Shown: positions 13,825-30,300 of the stretch, in pieces
How the letters are laid out: every line of letters begins with the position of its first letter
How positions within the stretch are numbered: position 1 is the first letter of the stretch
Source of the DNA: Mobula hypostoma
Lineage: Eukaryota
NCBI RefSeq assembly: GCF_963921235.1
Contig: NC_086118.1
Location: forward strand, 20,462,001-20,526,000
Direction: 5' to 3'
Length of the DNA stretch: 64,000 bases
Notes under the pieces: model-generated
Databases searched by the model: none
Told to the model about the DNA's origin: nothing
Seen by the model: only the letters and a program-made list of their open reading frames with translations
Program-made: the position numbers and the translations under genes

Positions 13825-14888
13825 TATTATTCTGTGAGTCCCTTGGAGGAGTTTAAAATTAGAAGTTGATTGTTGAGCTACCTTTGTCTGTCATTTATGA
13901 TTTTGTCTAACCTTGGGAATTGTTTGTATTTTTCTGCATTAGATGTGCCAGGTCTGGGCCTTTTTGATGGAGATTAATTACTAAATAGCAGCAACAGTTT
14001 TCTGCTTGTTTGTTCTATTTGGTCAGGTCACAAATCATTGTGGTTATTTTACTTACTAAATCAATGTTGTACATGTTCCATTGACATAACTTTGAGCTCA
14101 TTTCGAATGATTGTACATACATTGAATGTTATTTGCATAGAAGAGATACTACAAACTACGGTGGAATCATTTTCTTTGAAAATGTTTGTGGTGGCGACTT
14201 GAAAGAGGAAATGAGTTTTCCTGTGCTTTCCAAAATTGTTGTTGTAATTTTCAGTATAGAAGCATACTGCTTGGATCAACAGACATAGCAAGTATTTGTG
14301 CCTCATATGAAATTTTTAATGACATTTCATCGAGGCCCTTGAAGGCTTTATTTTACTGCCAGATTCAAATATTGCTGCTCACAAAGTACCATATGGCTGA
14401 GCTTGATAGCTTCGAAGATGCCAAGATACTGAAATGGGCTTGTTTCTCGGATTATAGGTTCAACTGAGTTTAACCAACTGTTTTAAATAATAAAATATTC
14501 CACTAAACACAGTAAAACTTCATTTCTTGGTTCACAGTCAAGTAATTGCAAAGTAGCTACAAAAAGCTTAAGTGCTGATCCTTAAGTTTTAATTTCTTCT
14601 GATATCTTTACAACAAAATTGAAATGTTTAATCATTGAGTAATATAAACCTTGGTGAAGATAGTACTGCTGTTGGTAGAAGTTAGTGCAAAAATTGTTGA
14701 AAATTTATTGTACATGCAATTTACATTCCAGGTGACATTCTGATGTTGATGTTGACTTTGATTGTACTGAAGAATAAAGTTTGATTTAGCTGGACCTAAT
14801 GATCTTGATCTGTTTCTGTCTTCAGCTCAAAATGGTGTGGCGGGGGGAGGGAGATAATTAGTATGTATGTTGATAATTTCAATTTTAG

Positions 14889-15368
<480 letters not shown>

Positions 15369-17639
15369 TGACATGAGCTACAATCTATAATGACTTGAAA
15401 CAACTCAGTGTTGTGGTAAAATCTTAATTTCATGTGCTATGATTATAGAAATAATGTTACATAAAACTGAGGATAATCTATTTGTAAAAGAGGTTTTTGA
15501 GGTCTTGTTAAGTCATCCAGGTGCAATCATACCCACAGAGAGCTGTTAGCTCTGTCTTTAAATCTAGTACTTGACATTGAAAAGAGAAATACACTTCTCT
15601 TTTAACACAAACTATCATTTCTTTCATTATGCCAAGATTTCAACCAATAAAACAAAACCTGACTTCGGTATGAAAGGGTTGAGTGCTTCATCCTCTCTCA
15701 AAACACATAATGTATAATGTTCTGTACCTCTTTAAAGCCTAATCTACTTCCAGTTTTGTAGAAAAGTATACCTTACAGTTAGCCTGTTACCATTATTTAT
15801 AACTATATGAGTAAAAAAGTTAATTTTATCTACAGCAAAGATTTATACTTCTCTATTCGCAATGATATAAAAAATGGAAACATTGAGAGTAAAGCTGAAG
15901 AAGTATGAATCTTTGCTTTAAAAAGAGAAAGTCAAAATTTCCTATTGTACTTTAAAATTTGTTTTTGTTTAGTTGCAGAATCAATAAGCAGGAAATCAAA
16001 GTTCTATCCTCTGTGATTATTGCTTAAAGGAAATGTTCATTTCTAATACAAAAATAGGTGCAGGGAGGTGGGAGAGAACTAAGCCTTTGTTTGAATAATG
16101 ACTGGAATGATTCTTTAGGGAAAAAGGTCACTTTCTCAACTAGTTACAGAAATGTAGGTTTTTTTTGCAGTCAGCTGAAAAATGATTTTTTTTTAATGCA
16201 AAAATTCTTGATAGAGGTGTTTAACGTTCCTACCTGGAGCATGGAAATTTACTCTAGTTGACAAATTATTATCCACTTTTCAATACTCAATGGACTTGTA
16301 AAATTTATGAGAGTCATAACTTCCAACAGTCAGATAGATGTCATTTTTCAGGAAATGCTGGTAGGAAGCAAGCAAGAAATTCAGTTGCAAGAGTGTGTTG
16401 CGTAATAGATCTTTTGGAACATTGGCTTAAACAGTCACTAAAATCGTGATTTGGATTCCAAGAGTGTAATTCAGGCAATTGTAATTTTATTTATATGTAG
16501 AAACTTCGCCAATGTCATGTTCTTGCATGGAAGCATTCTCTTCCCTGTATAAAACTTGTGGTGTATGATATGTAGCTGCTTTCTGTTGTCATCTAGAGTA
16601 CATTTTGCCTACTTGGCTCACTCAGTTCTTGAAGTTAATTGCTGAATCAGGTTCCAAGGCAAATGACAAGTGGTTAATGATTTCATAGATCTGTAGTTCT
16701 CTTTGTACCAGCAAAATCTTGTTCTTGAGTTGCTTTGAATATAGGTGTCTTTCACTTGAGTGGAATTTGTGCTGCACCACTGTTACTGATCAGTTCTGGA
16801 CACTGGTGCTGCTTTTTGTCTGCTTGGTGATCTCAGCACTGTTGGTTGTTTATCTGTATACCAGAAATCTGTATAGTTATCTTTCCAACTTGTAGAATTC
16901 AATTTCTATTGATCACATGAATAATTCATTAATAGTACACTTCTTAAGGGGGATGCTTCACTTCATATGATTTTGTATTTTTTGCTGGTGGAGTGGTGGA
17001 AGGCGAATTTGGCCATGAACCCAATCTCATGGCTCTAAACGTGCAATTACTACTTTTTCAGATTGGCAATTTGGCCAGTTAAGTCATTTTTATGTATCTT
17101 GTAAGACAGAGGAACTGAACAAAGAGAGTATGTGCAAAGGGGTAGATTTTTGGTGATAAGAATTAAAGCATTTAAAATATTTGTGCATGTCCATAATTAA
17201 TTTCAAACTATATTATCTGAATAGTGATGATTGTTATATTACTTAAGTAGCATTTGGAAGTGGTGAAATTTTCAATAACTTGGTGAACCCTTGAGTTTGT
17301 TAGTGACACACTGTGTCATTAATTAAAAAGCCAAATGCATAGAGCTTTTCAAAAAGGATGCAAAAGTATTTCACATTTCATATTTAATGAAAAATACACC
17401 TCCTCTCTTGGTACAGAGTGGAAAGCATACAAGGCCTTTGTTAGAGGAAGGATAATATATTAATCACCCACGCAGAAAAAGGTGAGCAAGGCTAAGTTAG
17501 ATCAGTTAGAAAATACTTGAATGAAGCTGAAACTGAAATTTGCCAAAGAGTCACGATCTGCAGATTGTGGAATTAGTACCAACTGAACACATAACCACCG
17601 CAGAAGTGAATTTTGTCCCTCACCAATCATGATCCAGAT

Positions 17640-17878
17640 CAATGGTTTTCAAACATTTGTGTACGGCGCAAAATCTTGCAGAAGCTCAGTTTTTCTGAGC
17701 CCCTTTAGCTTATAAACATGCTAGGCTGCCCAGTTTATTTTGGAAAATTTGATGCAATAATAACTTCCATGTTGGCAATCAAACTATTTATGTAAAGTTC
17801 TGAAAATCCTTTATATTGATAGATAATATTTGAAGTCCCATTGGGATCCTACCATGGACCCCAGTTTGAAAACCTCTG
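17640..17878. mobile_element. hAT (Charlie-like) MITE
   Basis: TIRs CAATGGTTTTCAAAC and GTTTGAAAACCTCTG. The flanking 8-mers ATCCAGAT and ATCTTGAG both resemble the NTCTAGAN Charlie target site. Confidence 0.55.
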
Positions 17879-19114
17879 ATCTTGAGGGGAGAGGAGGGGA
17901 AATTAATTCAGAATGCTAATAAATCAAAAGTTCATATTATAGGAAAGGGAAAGACAAGTGCCTCCAGAACCTTGAATTGATAATACCTTTTCTCTTGTTG
18001 ATGGTTGTTCTGTGGACTTTAAGGAGTTATACCTTTAAGAGCCTTTTAAACCCTTGTTTCTGCTGTCATAAATGAGATACAGTGGAGGACGAGGCAGTGG
18101 TCTTTCCTGTCATCAATATTTTTTAAATAGTGCTGTAAACTTCAATATTTATCTTAATATAAAACACACACATTGTCACAACTGGTCTTGTTGATAATCA
18201 AGCTGGTCAGTACTGCATAAAGCATTAGATTTCTAGTTTTGCTTGATATTATCCATATTACAATGCATTTCAAACTTTGCAGTTTACCAAATATAGGTTC
18301 ACCAGGAGGTATCTTGTTGGCTCCAGATTTGATGTCTTTGAAAATAGCTGCAGTACTCAGATTCATCTTTGATATTGGCAAAATCATCTTTTCAAGCTAA
18401 GAAGAAACTTAAGCCCTATGAAAGCTAATCAAGCTGTAAGGGGAAAGATAGCATGTTATGTATCTAATTTGTTCATTATTTTGTTTTACATCAATACTTT
18501 TAGTTCTTATAAAAAGAAGGATTTGGTGAACTTAATAAAACTTGAGCGAATTGGGATATATGAAATCTGTGATTTACTTTCTCTTTTAAATGCAGAACCA
18601 TAACCTCTAATCTTAGTGTATATCATTCAGACATTTTGTAATTTTTCAGCACCTTCTGAGACATGCAGTTGGATGTGCCTTTGCATAGGCATTGATGAAA
18701 CTCGGGTTATACTGAAATTTCACTTTGGGGCAGAGTAAGATTGTCAAATGATGACGTTCTTTGAAGTTTATAACATGCCAATTTGCACTGGGTAAAATAT
18801 TCCAGCTTTCATCAAAATGTTGAATATTTAGTAAGAGATGTGCTTAAACTAATTTGAGGATTATTTCAAAGGATGTCTTTTAAAACAAGATGTTTACCTT
18901 AAGTATGTTTATGTGGTATTTTAGCCAAATTTATTATTTTGAGTAACATGGTGCTACCTGGAATGACCATTTCAAGAGAGATGTAATTTGTGGAAGTCGG
19001 AATTCTTGAAAGTATAGGAATTAGTTTCCATTTTTATTGCAATTTTGTATATTGTTACGTGATTTGAAATTAAAATGAATTCATAATAGAATTAATTGTA
19101 TTCCCTTTTCCTAA

Positions 19115-19492
<378 letters not shown>

Positions 19493-20446
19493 TAATGACT
19501 TGATAAACTTGCATAAGAATGTGTCGTAAATAATTAGGACAGGAAATGAAGATGTAGTGAAATGATTGTTAGTACAGAATGCAAGAAGGAGGGTTACATA
19601 ACATTTAAAAGCTGAACAAAATTAAATTTGGTATAAGGTCTCGCCTCAGCATTACTTGAGCTGTCTAAAAAGTGTTCTCAACTCTTCTGCCATCTTCTCC
19701 AGTATTTGTAGTTGTAATGGTGAAACTTGCCCTACCCCTGTGGAATACATTGATAAAACACACTGTTTTCATACATAGGCTTTTCAGAGTAGAAGCCAAA
19801 ATGGATCAAGGAATACAGCTACAGTTATTAACAATAAATATAAAACTAACATTTTATGATTGCATGTGCTGTGGTGCAATTTTCAATATGCACTGCACTC
19901 CATGCATTTGAGCTGTTCAATTAAGATGCATCCAAGCTTGTTGTAAGGTGTAATTTCAGAACCCATTGATTAAACCATTTGACAGGTGAGATTCTTGAGC
20001 CAGGCAGTACTTACTGAAGTTTAGTGATGTCAGTGTTCTCTGTTGCAAGATCATTTGTAAAAATAATTAAAGAACCTTGGAATCGCTTCCAGTGTTGATG
20101 AATTAATTGTTTTAACATTTTTATAACTGGTATTTTTAATTCCCTTTTGATGAAGAGAAATGTATTCTGGTGACACATTTTTGAAAGCTTTTTGGGAAAC
20201 TAGATGGAAAACAAATTCCATTATCCAGTCCAAGGATCCATTTGACAGGTCTTGATTGTTTGTAACATTACAAGTCAATGTTAGGATTGGCTCTATTAAT
20301 ATAAGGTGGTTATAAACTCCACCTTACCATATCTTGTTGTTGGCGTCCGACATGATTGTTTGTAAACCATAAAAACACCTTTTTCATAATTTCAATGCAA
20401 AAACAAAAGCTGTTTGATCTGAATATATCTTAATTTGAAAAATTGA

Positions 20447-20737
<291 letters not shown>

Positions 20738-21409
20738 TGAGAGCAAATGTTTCAATATTTGTTTTAATTGTGAATGTAAGTACTTATGGTTTGTCATTTT
20801 TACCAATACACTCTCTCCTACCCAACACTTCTCTACCCCAGTCACTGAATATGAATATTTCTTAATTCAGAAATAATCCTGAATAGATTGTTGCCTCCCA
20901 TCTATGCTTCATTAGATTTATATAAACATCTGAGATGTTTTTTGCCTTCTTTCAAATAATTTAATTGAAGCCATCCTTAATTTCCTGCCTTTGTCCTTAA
21001 CGAAATCCTTTGATCTGGGTTCAAGTTCACTTGCAGTATTTCAGTACCTGGCTTCAATGAGCTTTGTTGAAACCAGTGCCAGAACTATTGTATGTAAGAA
21101 AATTGGCTTACCTTGGGGGAGCATTGAGCTGTATCTTGTTCTGTACTCCTCTAATGTGTCCATGCATTAGTTGATGGGGATTCCTAGCTGAACTTGACTC
21201 ATCTCATAGATACTGAAACTAAATATACCACATCATTTCCTCAGCTGTGATAATTAACTCAACAGAGCATGAGACAGGGTCACCTGTATTAGGTCAGTTT
21301 GAAAGAAGAAATTCAGTCTTATAGAAAAAATGTGCTGTGGACTTGGAAGCAGTTATTTTGTGTACTTATGGAGAGAGATGGTCACTGAACAAAAACATGA
21401 AATGGCTGT

Positions 21410-22250
21410 AAATGAAAACCAAAAATGCTGGAGATAATCATCAGGCAAAGCAGGTTATGGGCGAGAGAAACAGGTACCATTTCAAGTCAGTGACCTGGGA
21501 AAAGAGAAATCCAGTGAATTAGGTTGCAAGGGAGTGGTGAGGAGAATAGAAGAAATGTCTTTGATAAGCTGGAGACCAGGAGAGACTGAATGATACAGAA
21601 GGTGGTGCTGGCTGAGACACCTTGGTGAATGCATGTTAATTGTAGCTGACCTAACAAGAGATGTAAATAGAAAATAAGAACTGTGGAAGTATGCATTTGT
21701 GCTGCAATAAAGAGAATGCAGGAAACTGGCAGGTCTGATAGCTGTGGGGAAAGGAAAAGCTTGATTTATATAAAATGGAATACATCTTCTCAGAGAGGAA
21801 TAAGAGCCAAAGAGAGGATGGCAAAGGAAATAATTTACCCCAAAGCAACTGGAAATTAGGGTTCTGCTGAGAAGTAAACAATCTGGATTTGTTTTCTTCT
21901 GGTTGTAGAAGAGACCAGACCAGAACATTGAATACAGTATGCTCATTTGGAAGAGAATTGCTGCTTCAGCTTGGAAAGTGTTCGGGAACCAGGATGGTGA
22001 GAGGGGAATGGGTTGAAGGGTGGATGTTGCATTGGAAGTGTTTCTGTATATGAAAGAATAAGCCAGTGAGTTACTGAAGGAATGGTTCCTTCAGAATACT
22101 GGAAAGGGAGGGTTAGTTCTGAGTGATGGTGGAAATTGCACCAGTGAATGTAAGTAGTGGACTATGAGTAGAAGTTTCAGGAGCCCAATTGGTTATGATG
22201 GAAAGGAAACCATCTTGGTGTGGAAAATATTATCTGCATTGAAGTAATAG
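21410..22250 (-). mobile_element. Old Penelope-like element remnant
   Basis: Begins with AAAATGCTGGAGATAATCATCAGGCAAAGCAG, the reverse of the PLE terminal motif, followed by purine-rich and degenerate GIY-YIG-region sequence. Confidence 0.45.
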
Positions 22251-23887
22251 ATTTGAAAATATCTATCTAATAATTATGTGCCATCAAACCAAATTTTGAA
22301 ACGGGCAGAAGGGAAGATAATCTCATCAAGGGATATAAAACTAAGAGGCTTAGCTAGAGGAAATATGAAGGACTTGTTTTCTTTTGGAGATTAATGCTTG
22401 TCACCAGATTAAAATGGTGGAAAGGTTAAAGGGTAGTTTAGGGGACACAGACTTGCCCATAGTGGTGTGTCTGAAACTCCATGGTTCTGTTGAGTCATGA
22501 GCCAACTGTAGGGATCCCGCTGGGTTAATTCTCAATGGCAGGGATAAATGTCACAAACTACTGCACAAATGGGTAAGAGTGTATCGTTTTCAAACTGTAA
22601 GGAAAATTGTGCACCTAGAAGTTGCAGTCAGCAGCGATACCTATCACTTCAAGAAAAATAAAACTGCAAATGTGAAAATCTGCTACTGGAGGTTTGCTGG
22701 CTGAAAGCATTTCCATCAGTGGTGATGTGAACCAGCAGCATCTATATGAAATATTTATCATGAGGGAGTGGATTGTGCAGGTAGCAGGTTCTTGAGTTGT
22801 AGCATAACGATTATTCATTAGTATGACTTCTGTATAAAGCAGAAATGTGAATTCCATCTGGACAGCTTTATTTTGGCTGACATAAACATGATGAAATAAC
22901 TTGCCATTTTATTTGTTTCTGGTGGTATTTATTGAAAAGCCAAATATTGACCAGGGCATCGGGAGAATTCCCGTTTTAAATTTTGCTATGAGATCTTTAG
23001 TATATACAGTGAACTACAGATGTGGCCCCTTGACCCCATAGTAATGCTGTCTCATTTGGCTGTATTCATGTATAGTTAAATGACAATTAAACTTAAATTG
23101 AATTGAATTATTGACAAGGTTGAAAACTGTTTTGAAAATACTTCCCACAGGAGTTGAATATGAGAATAAGGGGCTTCATTCAATGCTAACTTCATCCACT
23201 GAATTTTGGTGAAACATTTACATAATGTCTACAGTACATGCAATATAATTTTAGATGTTGTAAAAGATCTCAATTGTTTTCTTAAATAGGTGAGCAGTAT
23301 GGCAATTTCAACCTTTTTTTTAAAATATGGTACAACACAAATGAATTGTGAATGTTTATGTGGAATTCCCTTGGTGCACACGTTGTTAATTGATATGAGA
23401 AGTAGTCTGGTAGTTTCTGATAGTAAAGTAGTTTCATTAGCTAAAATATTATCAGAGTGTTTGACCTTGATAACAGAAGAGAATAGTTTGAGCCATTTCT
23501 TAGCTTAATTATTAATTCTAATGATAAATATTTTGTCACATAAATGGATCAAGTACCGTTGAACATGTTTTACAAGCTTTTTGTGGAGAGATGAGGCTGT
23601 ATTGTTTTTTGATACTAAGGCCCTAAACTGCAATCAAAAGCAAATTAGCTGGTGGTTTACAAAGATCAGTCATATTGTCAAGGTACTCATAGTAGGAAGA
23701 CTTGCATTAATGATTCTTGAGCATTGAGAAAGATGAATCAAACTGCTACTGAAGAACATTACATTTCACTTTTCAATTAGGAGCAAGTCAGCCATGCTTG
23801 CTGCTCATTTGCACTCTTCTGTATTTTTCTATTCAATTATCGAGAACCTCCTAGATGAAGCTGCCCATCAAATTGAGTCTGTTTACA

Positions 23888-23889
<2 letters not shown>

Positions 23890-23930
<41 letters not shown>
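23890..23930. repeat. (GT)20 microsatellite in the last FOXK2 intron
   Basis: Perfect dinucleotide run. Confidence 0.98.
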
Positions 23931-23934
<4 letters not shown>

Positions 23935-24624
23935 ATATTATCAATTGTGTGAAGTTGTTATAAAAGGACATCAGTATTTCAATTGGTTTCTTGCAATTTT
24001 CCCAATTCCTCCTCTTCCACTAGTTACTAGTATCTGCTAATAACTGCTGTAATGCAGTTAATTGTTCCATTTGTTGACAATTCACAGTCATATCTTTGCT
24101 TAAGTTGGTTCACTTGGGCTGCCATTTCCTGCTGCCAGACTGGATGCAAGGCTTTAGTTTTTCTAATTGAAACTTGCTAGAATAACAGTTTGCTCCATAT
24201 GTTTACATGAGAATACAAGATGCTTAATTATGTTTACATGAAAATATTTCACAAAGCTTGTGCCTGAAGGTCTAATGTTTTGCAGTTTTCTGTTCTTGCC
24301 TGTTACTGCAGAAGGTTTCCCAAGACTAATTGAAGCTTGACTTACTACATTGACTGTATATGACTGTACATGGGACCAGTCAAAGCCTGAAAGAAATAAA
24401 TCAATCTATTGTGGCCTTCATTAAAATTCGATCTATTTGAATTTATCATTTTCAAAATCTGCTTTAATGTTTTCTGCATTGCTATTTAATATTAAGCATT
24501 GATATTAACTAAATCAGTGCATGAAATTGAGCTGTAACATTGAATCAAACATTTTAAATTGTAGGACTATATAAATTAATGTTAATAAAACTGTTAAGGC
24601 ATATTTTGTAGGCCTATATAGTGA

Positions 24625-24861
<237 letters not shown>

Positions 24862-27350
24862 AGATTAGGGGATGGAACGCAGCTAACCTTTTATCAATTG
24901 CAAGGTGCCAAAAGGACAAGCCTAACTCAATATCTAGAACTCCAGCATGTGTTGACTCGTTGGGGGGTATGGGGCCCTGTATGAGCGACTGTGAACTGCA
25001 GCACTGAGAAATGGGAAGCCTTAAAACACAATAAGTTAAAGAAACTGAACAAATTTACAAAGTAACACCCCTCATGAGAGGCTGTTCCTCCTGCTCAACT
25101 ACCTCAGTGCTCACTGGGAAAGGAAGAGATGGAGAGGGCCTCAGCTAGCCACACATCTGATACTTACGGACTTGAGCACACCAGTGTGACGGCAGCATGG
25201 CGAGTGCTTTAAAGAACACCAATAACACAAGATTGTATGTTACATAAAGGGAACAAAGGTGTGGACCCATTTCCTACATCTGGCAGCTAGCCTTTAATGA
25301 CCTACCTAATGCAGTTGTTAGTAAATATGCAGTATTTTGTTCATATGTGGAATTAGGATATTTTTGGGTGTTTTTCATTCTGTAGATAAAAATGGGGTCA
25401 CTATCATTTCAGATCACTCCATTTTATATTTCAGAGTTTTGGAACTACAACTGTTTTCGTACGTAAATTTGATTTTATGTTCAGTGAAATTGAATGTAGT
25501 TATGTTTTTTTAATACCCAATGGAGTGGTTAAAAGTTTACTTCAGTTTTGTTTGAATCCAGATAAAGCTAATTTACACTTGCAGATTTTCATATTTTAAC
25601 AAATTCCTCATGAATTTAATCACTTTTTATTAATATCTAGTGAGCAAATGCTTCGGGTTTGCATGTGTTGGGCAAGAAGACAATGTAACTGAGCCGTTAC
25701 CAGACCTAAATGAACATCTGTTAATTTGACCAGTGCTGCACTTAACTACTGCTTATTTGCTTTATTCGCTTATTTGTTACTTTGTGTTGACGTTGACTAT
25801 TCCTGGCTTGGTTTTGCAGGCTATATTTCAAACTAAAAGAAGATAAAACACATTGCTGCAAATTGTTTATTTAAGAGATGGGGAGAAGACTTGCATATCT
25901 ATTCTGGGCTATTGGAACTTAATAACTGTTACTAAAAGTCAAACTGAAGAATAAAAACATTTAAATATGATGTCCATGTACTGAGGAATACACATACTCA
26001 AAGTGGTAATGTGAAAAAAAAGTTACATATACGCACACACAACAATTATCCATAAGTTGGCTGAGCTGCTCGTGTCAAGAAAGTAATGTCCCTGGTGTTC
26101 TGAATTAGGTGACTTCAGCTATAATGGGTTTCAGCTTTTTTTTTTGCCCTGTAAAATCCAGGAATGAGGTGAGGCTCATTTCTGATGTCTCAAAGTTAAG
26201 TAACCATTCAAAGTTCATGGTTATTTGGGTGAGCAAAATACTTTATACTAAACAAAAATTGTGACTCAGTAGTGTAAATTTGTCATCATTATGATTTTAA
26301 AATTCTAATATAAGCCAGGATTGAAATATAATTAAACTTCAAAATGAAACAGAATATTGCATTAAAGTTTGCACCTTTAATTTCCAATCTTTACTCATTA
26401 GTTTTGGGCCAAGTGCTTGCAATATATAATGTTGAGCGTGAATGGAAAAGAAAACTACCCAAGCCAAGCTACTTGCCCTGCTTTCTATTTGTCCTAAGGA
26501 AAACAAAGTTGAATCATTTGGCCAGTGGCTGTCATGGATTGGAAAGACCCTTCAACTCAGAGGCAACCAAATCAGACATGTTGGTTAGATGTACTATAAA
26601 AAGAGCAGAAAGTTATCTATTTTTTCCGTTGGATTGATGAACGGTCTAAATTCAAGCTAGTTGTTTCACAATATACACGGTTTTAAAAATATTAACTAAG
26701 TCTGGACTAGTACAGAACTACAGCAACTTTTGCCCTCTTTTGCCAAAATAAGTTATTTTGCTGGGACCTGAATCAATCCCACAAATAATAAGATCAGGGT
26801 TTAAAACTATTATCTTAGTTACACCACTCAGGCTTTTTTTTTAATAGTCCTCTTACAAAAAAATTGTGCCATTAACAGATTTTATCTAAAATTACTTCAA
26901 AGCTGCTGAAGTATTTGGCTGCATGCCACTAATCTGCAATTAAGTATCATTCATTCATTTTAACAAAGGCAAAAGCGAAAGGTATCTTCCCTTGCTGAGT
27001 AATCCTGTAACTTACCATATCTTTTAGAGCAAAATGGAAAAAGTTGCCTGTTTCCATTACAACTGAGTTTTATAAACTGCACAGCCTTTAAGAAGCAAGT
27101 ATATTACAATATTTAAGTGATTAGTCTGCTGCTGAATGTTATAGTGCAGAAGTGAGAATTAACTTCAGTTCAATCTTCTATATTGGAAAACATAAACCAT
27201 CTTGTTGCTGCTGTGCAAATGTATTATGTACATGAGGGCTGTGAGAGGGACTTTACAAAAACAAATTTGTGTGGTAGGCCTCATTGCTACCATAGATTAA
27301 AGGTTCATAACTAATAAGAACAAATAAAGATTTGATTGGAAAGTACAAAT
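24862..27350 (+). other. FOXK2: Putative FOXK2 3'UTR (end uncertain, may extend to ~30.3 kb)
   Basis: AT-rich, repeat-free sequence after the stop codon. Candidate polyA signals: AATAAA 25950-25955; ATTAAA 27296-27301 plus AATAAA 27323-27328 with upstream TGTA motifs; AATAAA 29403-29408; ATTAAA 30243-30248. Confidence 0.5.
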
Positions 27351-30300
27351 GTCAGTTGAAATCCAGCAATATTTCAAATTCTACCAATTTATATTGGAAG
27401 CATAGGAAAAATGTGTGGAATGACATTTTCTGCTGCTATAACATTGTAAAGGTGAGTGTGTATTCCTTTATACTGCAATGCACAGGTTCACTGTAATCAT
27501 CTGTCCCATTTCTCATGTGTCTTTAAAACTAATTTGATCTTTGTAGGAATCTGGATTTGAAAATTAGATAATCAAATTACACCTATATTTCCAGGATTTC
27601 ATCTGCAGCTCTTACAAATAATGTGTTTCATCTTCCCTTTCTTTCTTTGTTATCTCCACCAAGCACACCTATCATTCCATACTTTATCAGGTTAGATCTA
27701 TGTTGGTCTACACACAAATGTAAGAGGATGCAAGTTAATTCTAGACTTGTGTAGTACAACCCACTTCAGTCTTCAAGAGATAAGTTCATAGTTTTCCTCC
27801 TTGTGCTTGGGTGTCTAGATCTTTTTACTGCCTCCCCTAACACAGTCAAAATACTGAGTTTAGTGCATAATCCATCATGGCTCTTAAAGCTGGAGATAAT
27901 TTTAAATCACATTTTATAATTGGACCCAGCAAAACATGACTTTATCCTTCCAGCATGAGTTTATTCCAAGATTTATAACAGTTTCATTTCTTAAATTGTT
28001 TTGAGTCTATTCAACTGGTATCCATTTTTTGGTTAAAATATATATTTATGCAATCCAATATATAGAGAACGCTTTAATATTTTGGTATGTATAAGAACAC
28101 TTACTCTACAGGATCTTTTGAATATGCATGGAAATGGTGACCATCCAAGCAGTGTGCTCACTGGTAGGTAACTTGATGTTTATGGAGATGCTATTTTGTA
28201 CAGGAGAGTGTGATTTGGTATGTGGCTCGAGATATTTGCACATTTACTTTGACTTGCTCCACTTTGAAATTTTGTTGCCGTTCTAAAATGTTCGGACTTG
28301 TTATTCTTGACAGAAGGAGGATTAAGGAATGAATAGTCCAGAAGCGTTCTTAACACACTGTATGGTTGCACATTGTTTACTTCCAATCATATAAGAACTT
28401 GTTAAATGAAATTAAGGCATTTGTGAATGTGGAGTAGAACATTGAGGCTGAATGATAGAATGGAATCAAGGCTATTCACCCATTGTCCGGATCTGAATCT
28501 GGCTTAGACTACGTGAAGTTCCAACGTAATTACGGAAAGGGAGTTGTGATCTTCCTGAAGAATGTAAACCCCCGAGGACAATTCAAAAGTTGCCACAAGA
28601 TATAAATTATTTAAATATAAAAAAAGAAATTTTGATATTTGATGCTGAAGACCTATTTTGCAATGGAAATACTATAGAAGTTCTACTTTATTCATAACTT
28701 GGTTTGTTCCTGACAACTAAATCCTAATATCAACAGACACCCTAAAGTATTTATTCTTTGGTGTATACATCCTAGAGTATATGATTATAAATATGTGGAT
28801 CATGCTTTATGAAGTAGTTGCTTATTTACCTCTGCAACTGAAGGTTTTGTATATTAGTACTGGGAACTGATGTTTTCTAAAAGACTTTAGTGTCCGATGG
28901 AATAAGCAGTGTAAATTATGCTGTGGAATTAATCACTGGACACTTCTCCACTTGACTTATCCTCACCTTTCAGACTAGAGCCTCTAGTTGGGGCATATGG
29001 ACCTACAATTGGATATTCACATGAAGCTCTCATAGATGTGCGAGGGTTCTTCTGGTTTGTTGAGAAGTCATCATTGAGATCAAGAATTTAATCCCTGAAG
29101 TACCTCAAACCATGGTAATTCTCAAGAGTTGCTAGAGACTCCAGGTGAAATCCTTAAGACTCTTGGATATGAAAATATTGTTCATGTGCTGATGCTGCTT
29201 TTATAACTTGAAAGATGTGACAATACATCTGAATATGCTTTTTTCAACTGGAATATACAAGAGGCTTTAACAAGACTTTGGGTCTCATTCGATTCCTCCC
29301 AAAATAAGGGCCAAATCTGATCTAAGCACTTACTCTGGTAATAGCTGCAAGTGATTTCACTTCAATGACTTATTTTTGGGAAACTACATTTTCTCAACAG
29401 TAAATAAAAGGTAAATACTAATGCATGATGAAACTGTTTTTAAAAAAGCCAAATTGTGCATTTTCCATTATTCAGCAGTGGGTTGACACAGTTATTACCA
29501 CTAAAAATGAAAGTATTTTGTTTCTTTTGGAGTTTTTGACTTGGAGCTAACTCCAGTCAACTCATTGAATATATAAAACAGAAAATTTCAGTATGATAAT
29601 GAACAATTAGAAACAAAACTTGATCTTTGATGCAGGGACACGGAAGAATTAGCTGATCATCTTAACCTAAGTGGTTTCAGTTACTCAAATCTGTCAAGAA
29701 TCTGTGGATTAATTTTTGCTGGTAGCCCACCAGTTAACATTTTGCGTAGTTTTTAGGTTGGTGCATTTGAAATGTATTGATTTAATGACTATTAGATCCA
29801 TTTAAAACCCCTAGGAAAGGTTAAGCCTTTCAAATCAACTTTCTGATGCAAATGGATTTTATACATGAGAGAAATGGAAATTGCTGATCTGGCACAAAGG
29901 TGGTGTACCAGTTGGTGTATGTTGCCTGTTGCAGAACTAACTTGCACGATTATGTTTTTCATTTCATATCAGTTTGCAAGGAATTGTATGCTGGTTTGCA
30001 CTATTCTACCTTTCTTGGGCTAGTTTGAGTCATTGAATAACAGACACAGCCATTTAGTCTATTTTTAATCTTAATTTAAATTTTGTATTAGATTATTCAC
30101 AGAGGGGAAGATTGTAGGTATTTGCAGTTATTCCAATTTTATATACTTCTTAATCAGTCAATTGTTCATTCATTGATTTAATCATTATACTTGCTAGTTT
30201 GGGTGCAAATACTTCGGATTAGTGTGATGGGATGACCGATCCATTAAAAAAAACTGTTTCTTTACAAATGATTATAGATGTAAATGTTGAGCTGGCTTAT

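Noticed and set aside
21482..21946. 154-aa minus-strand ORF
   Set aside because: No recognisable domain; it lies in a decayed, purine-skewed Penelope-like remnant.
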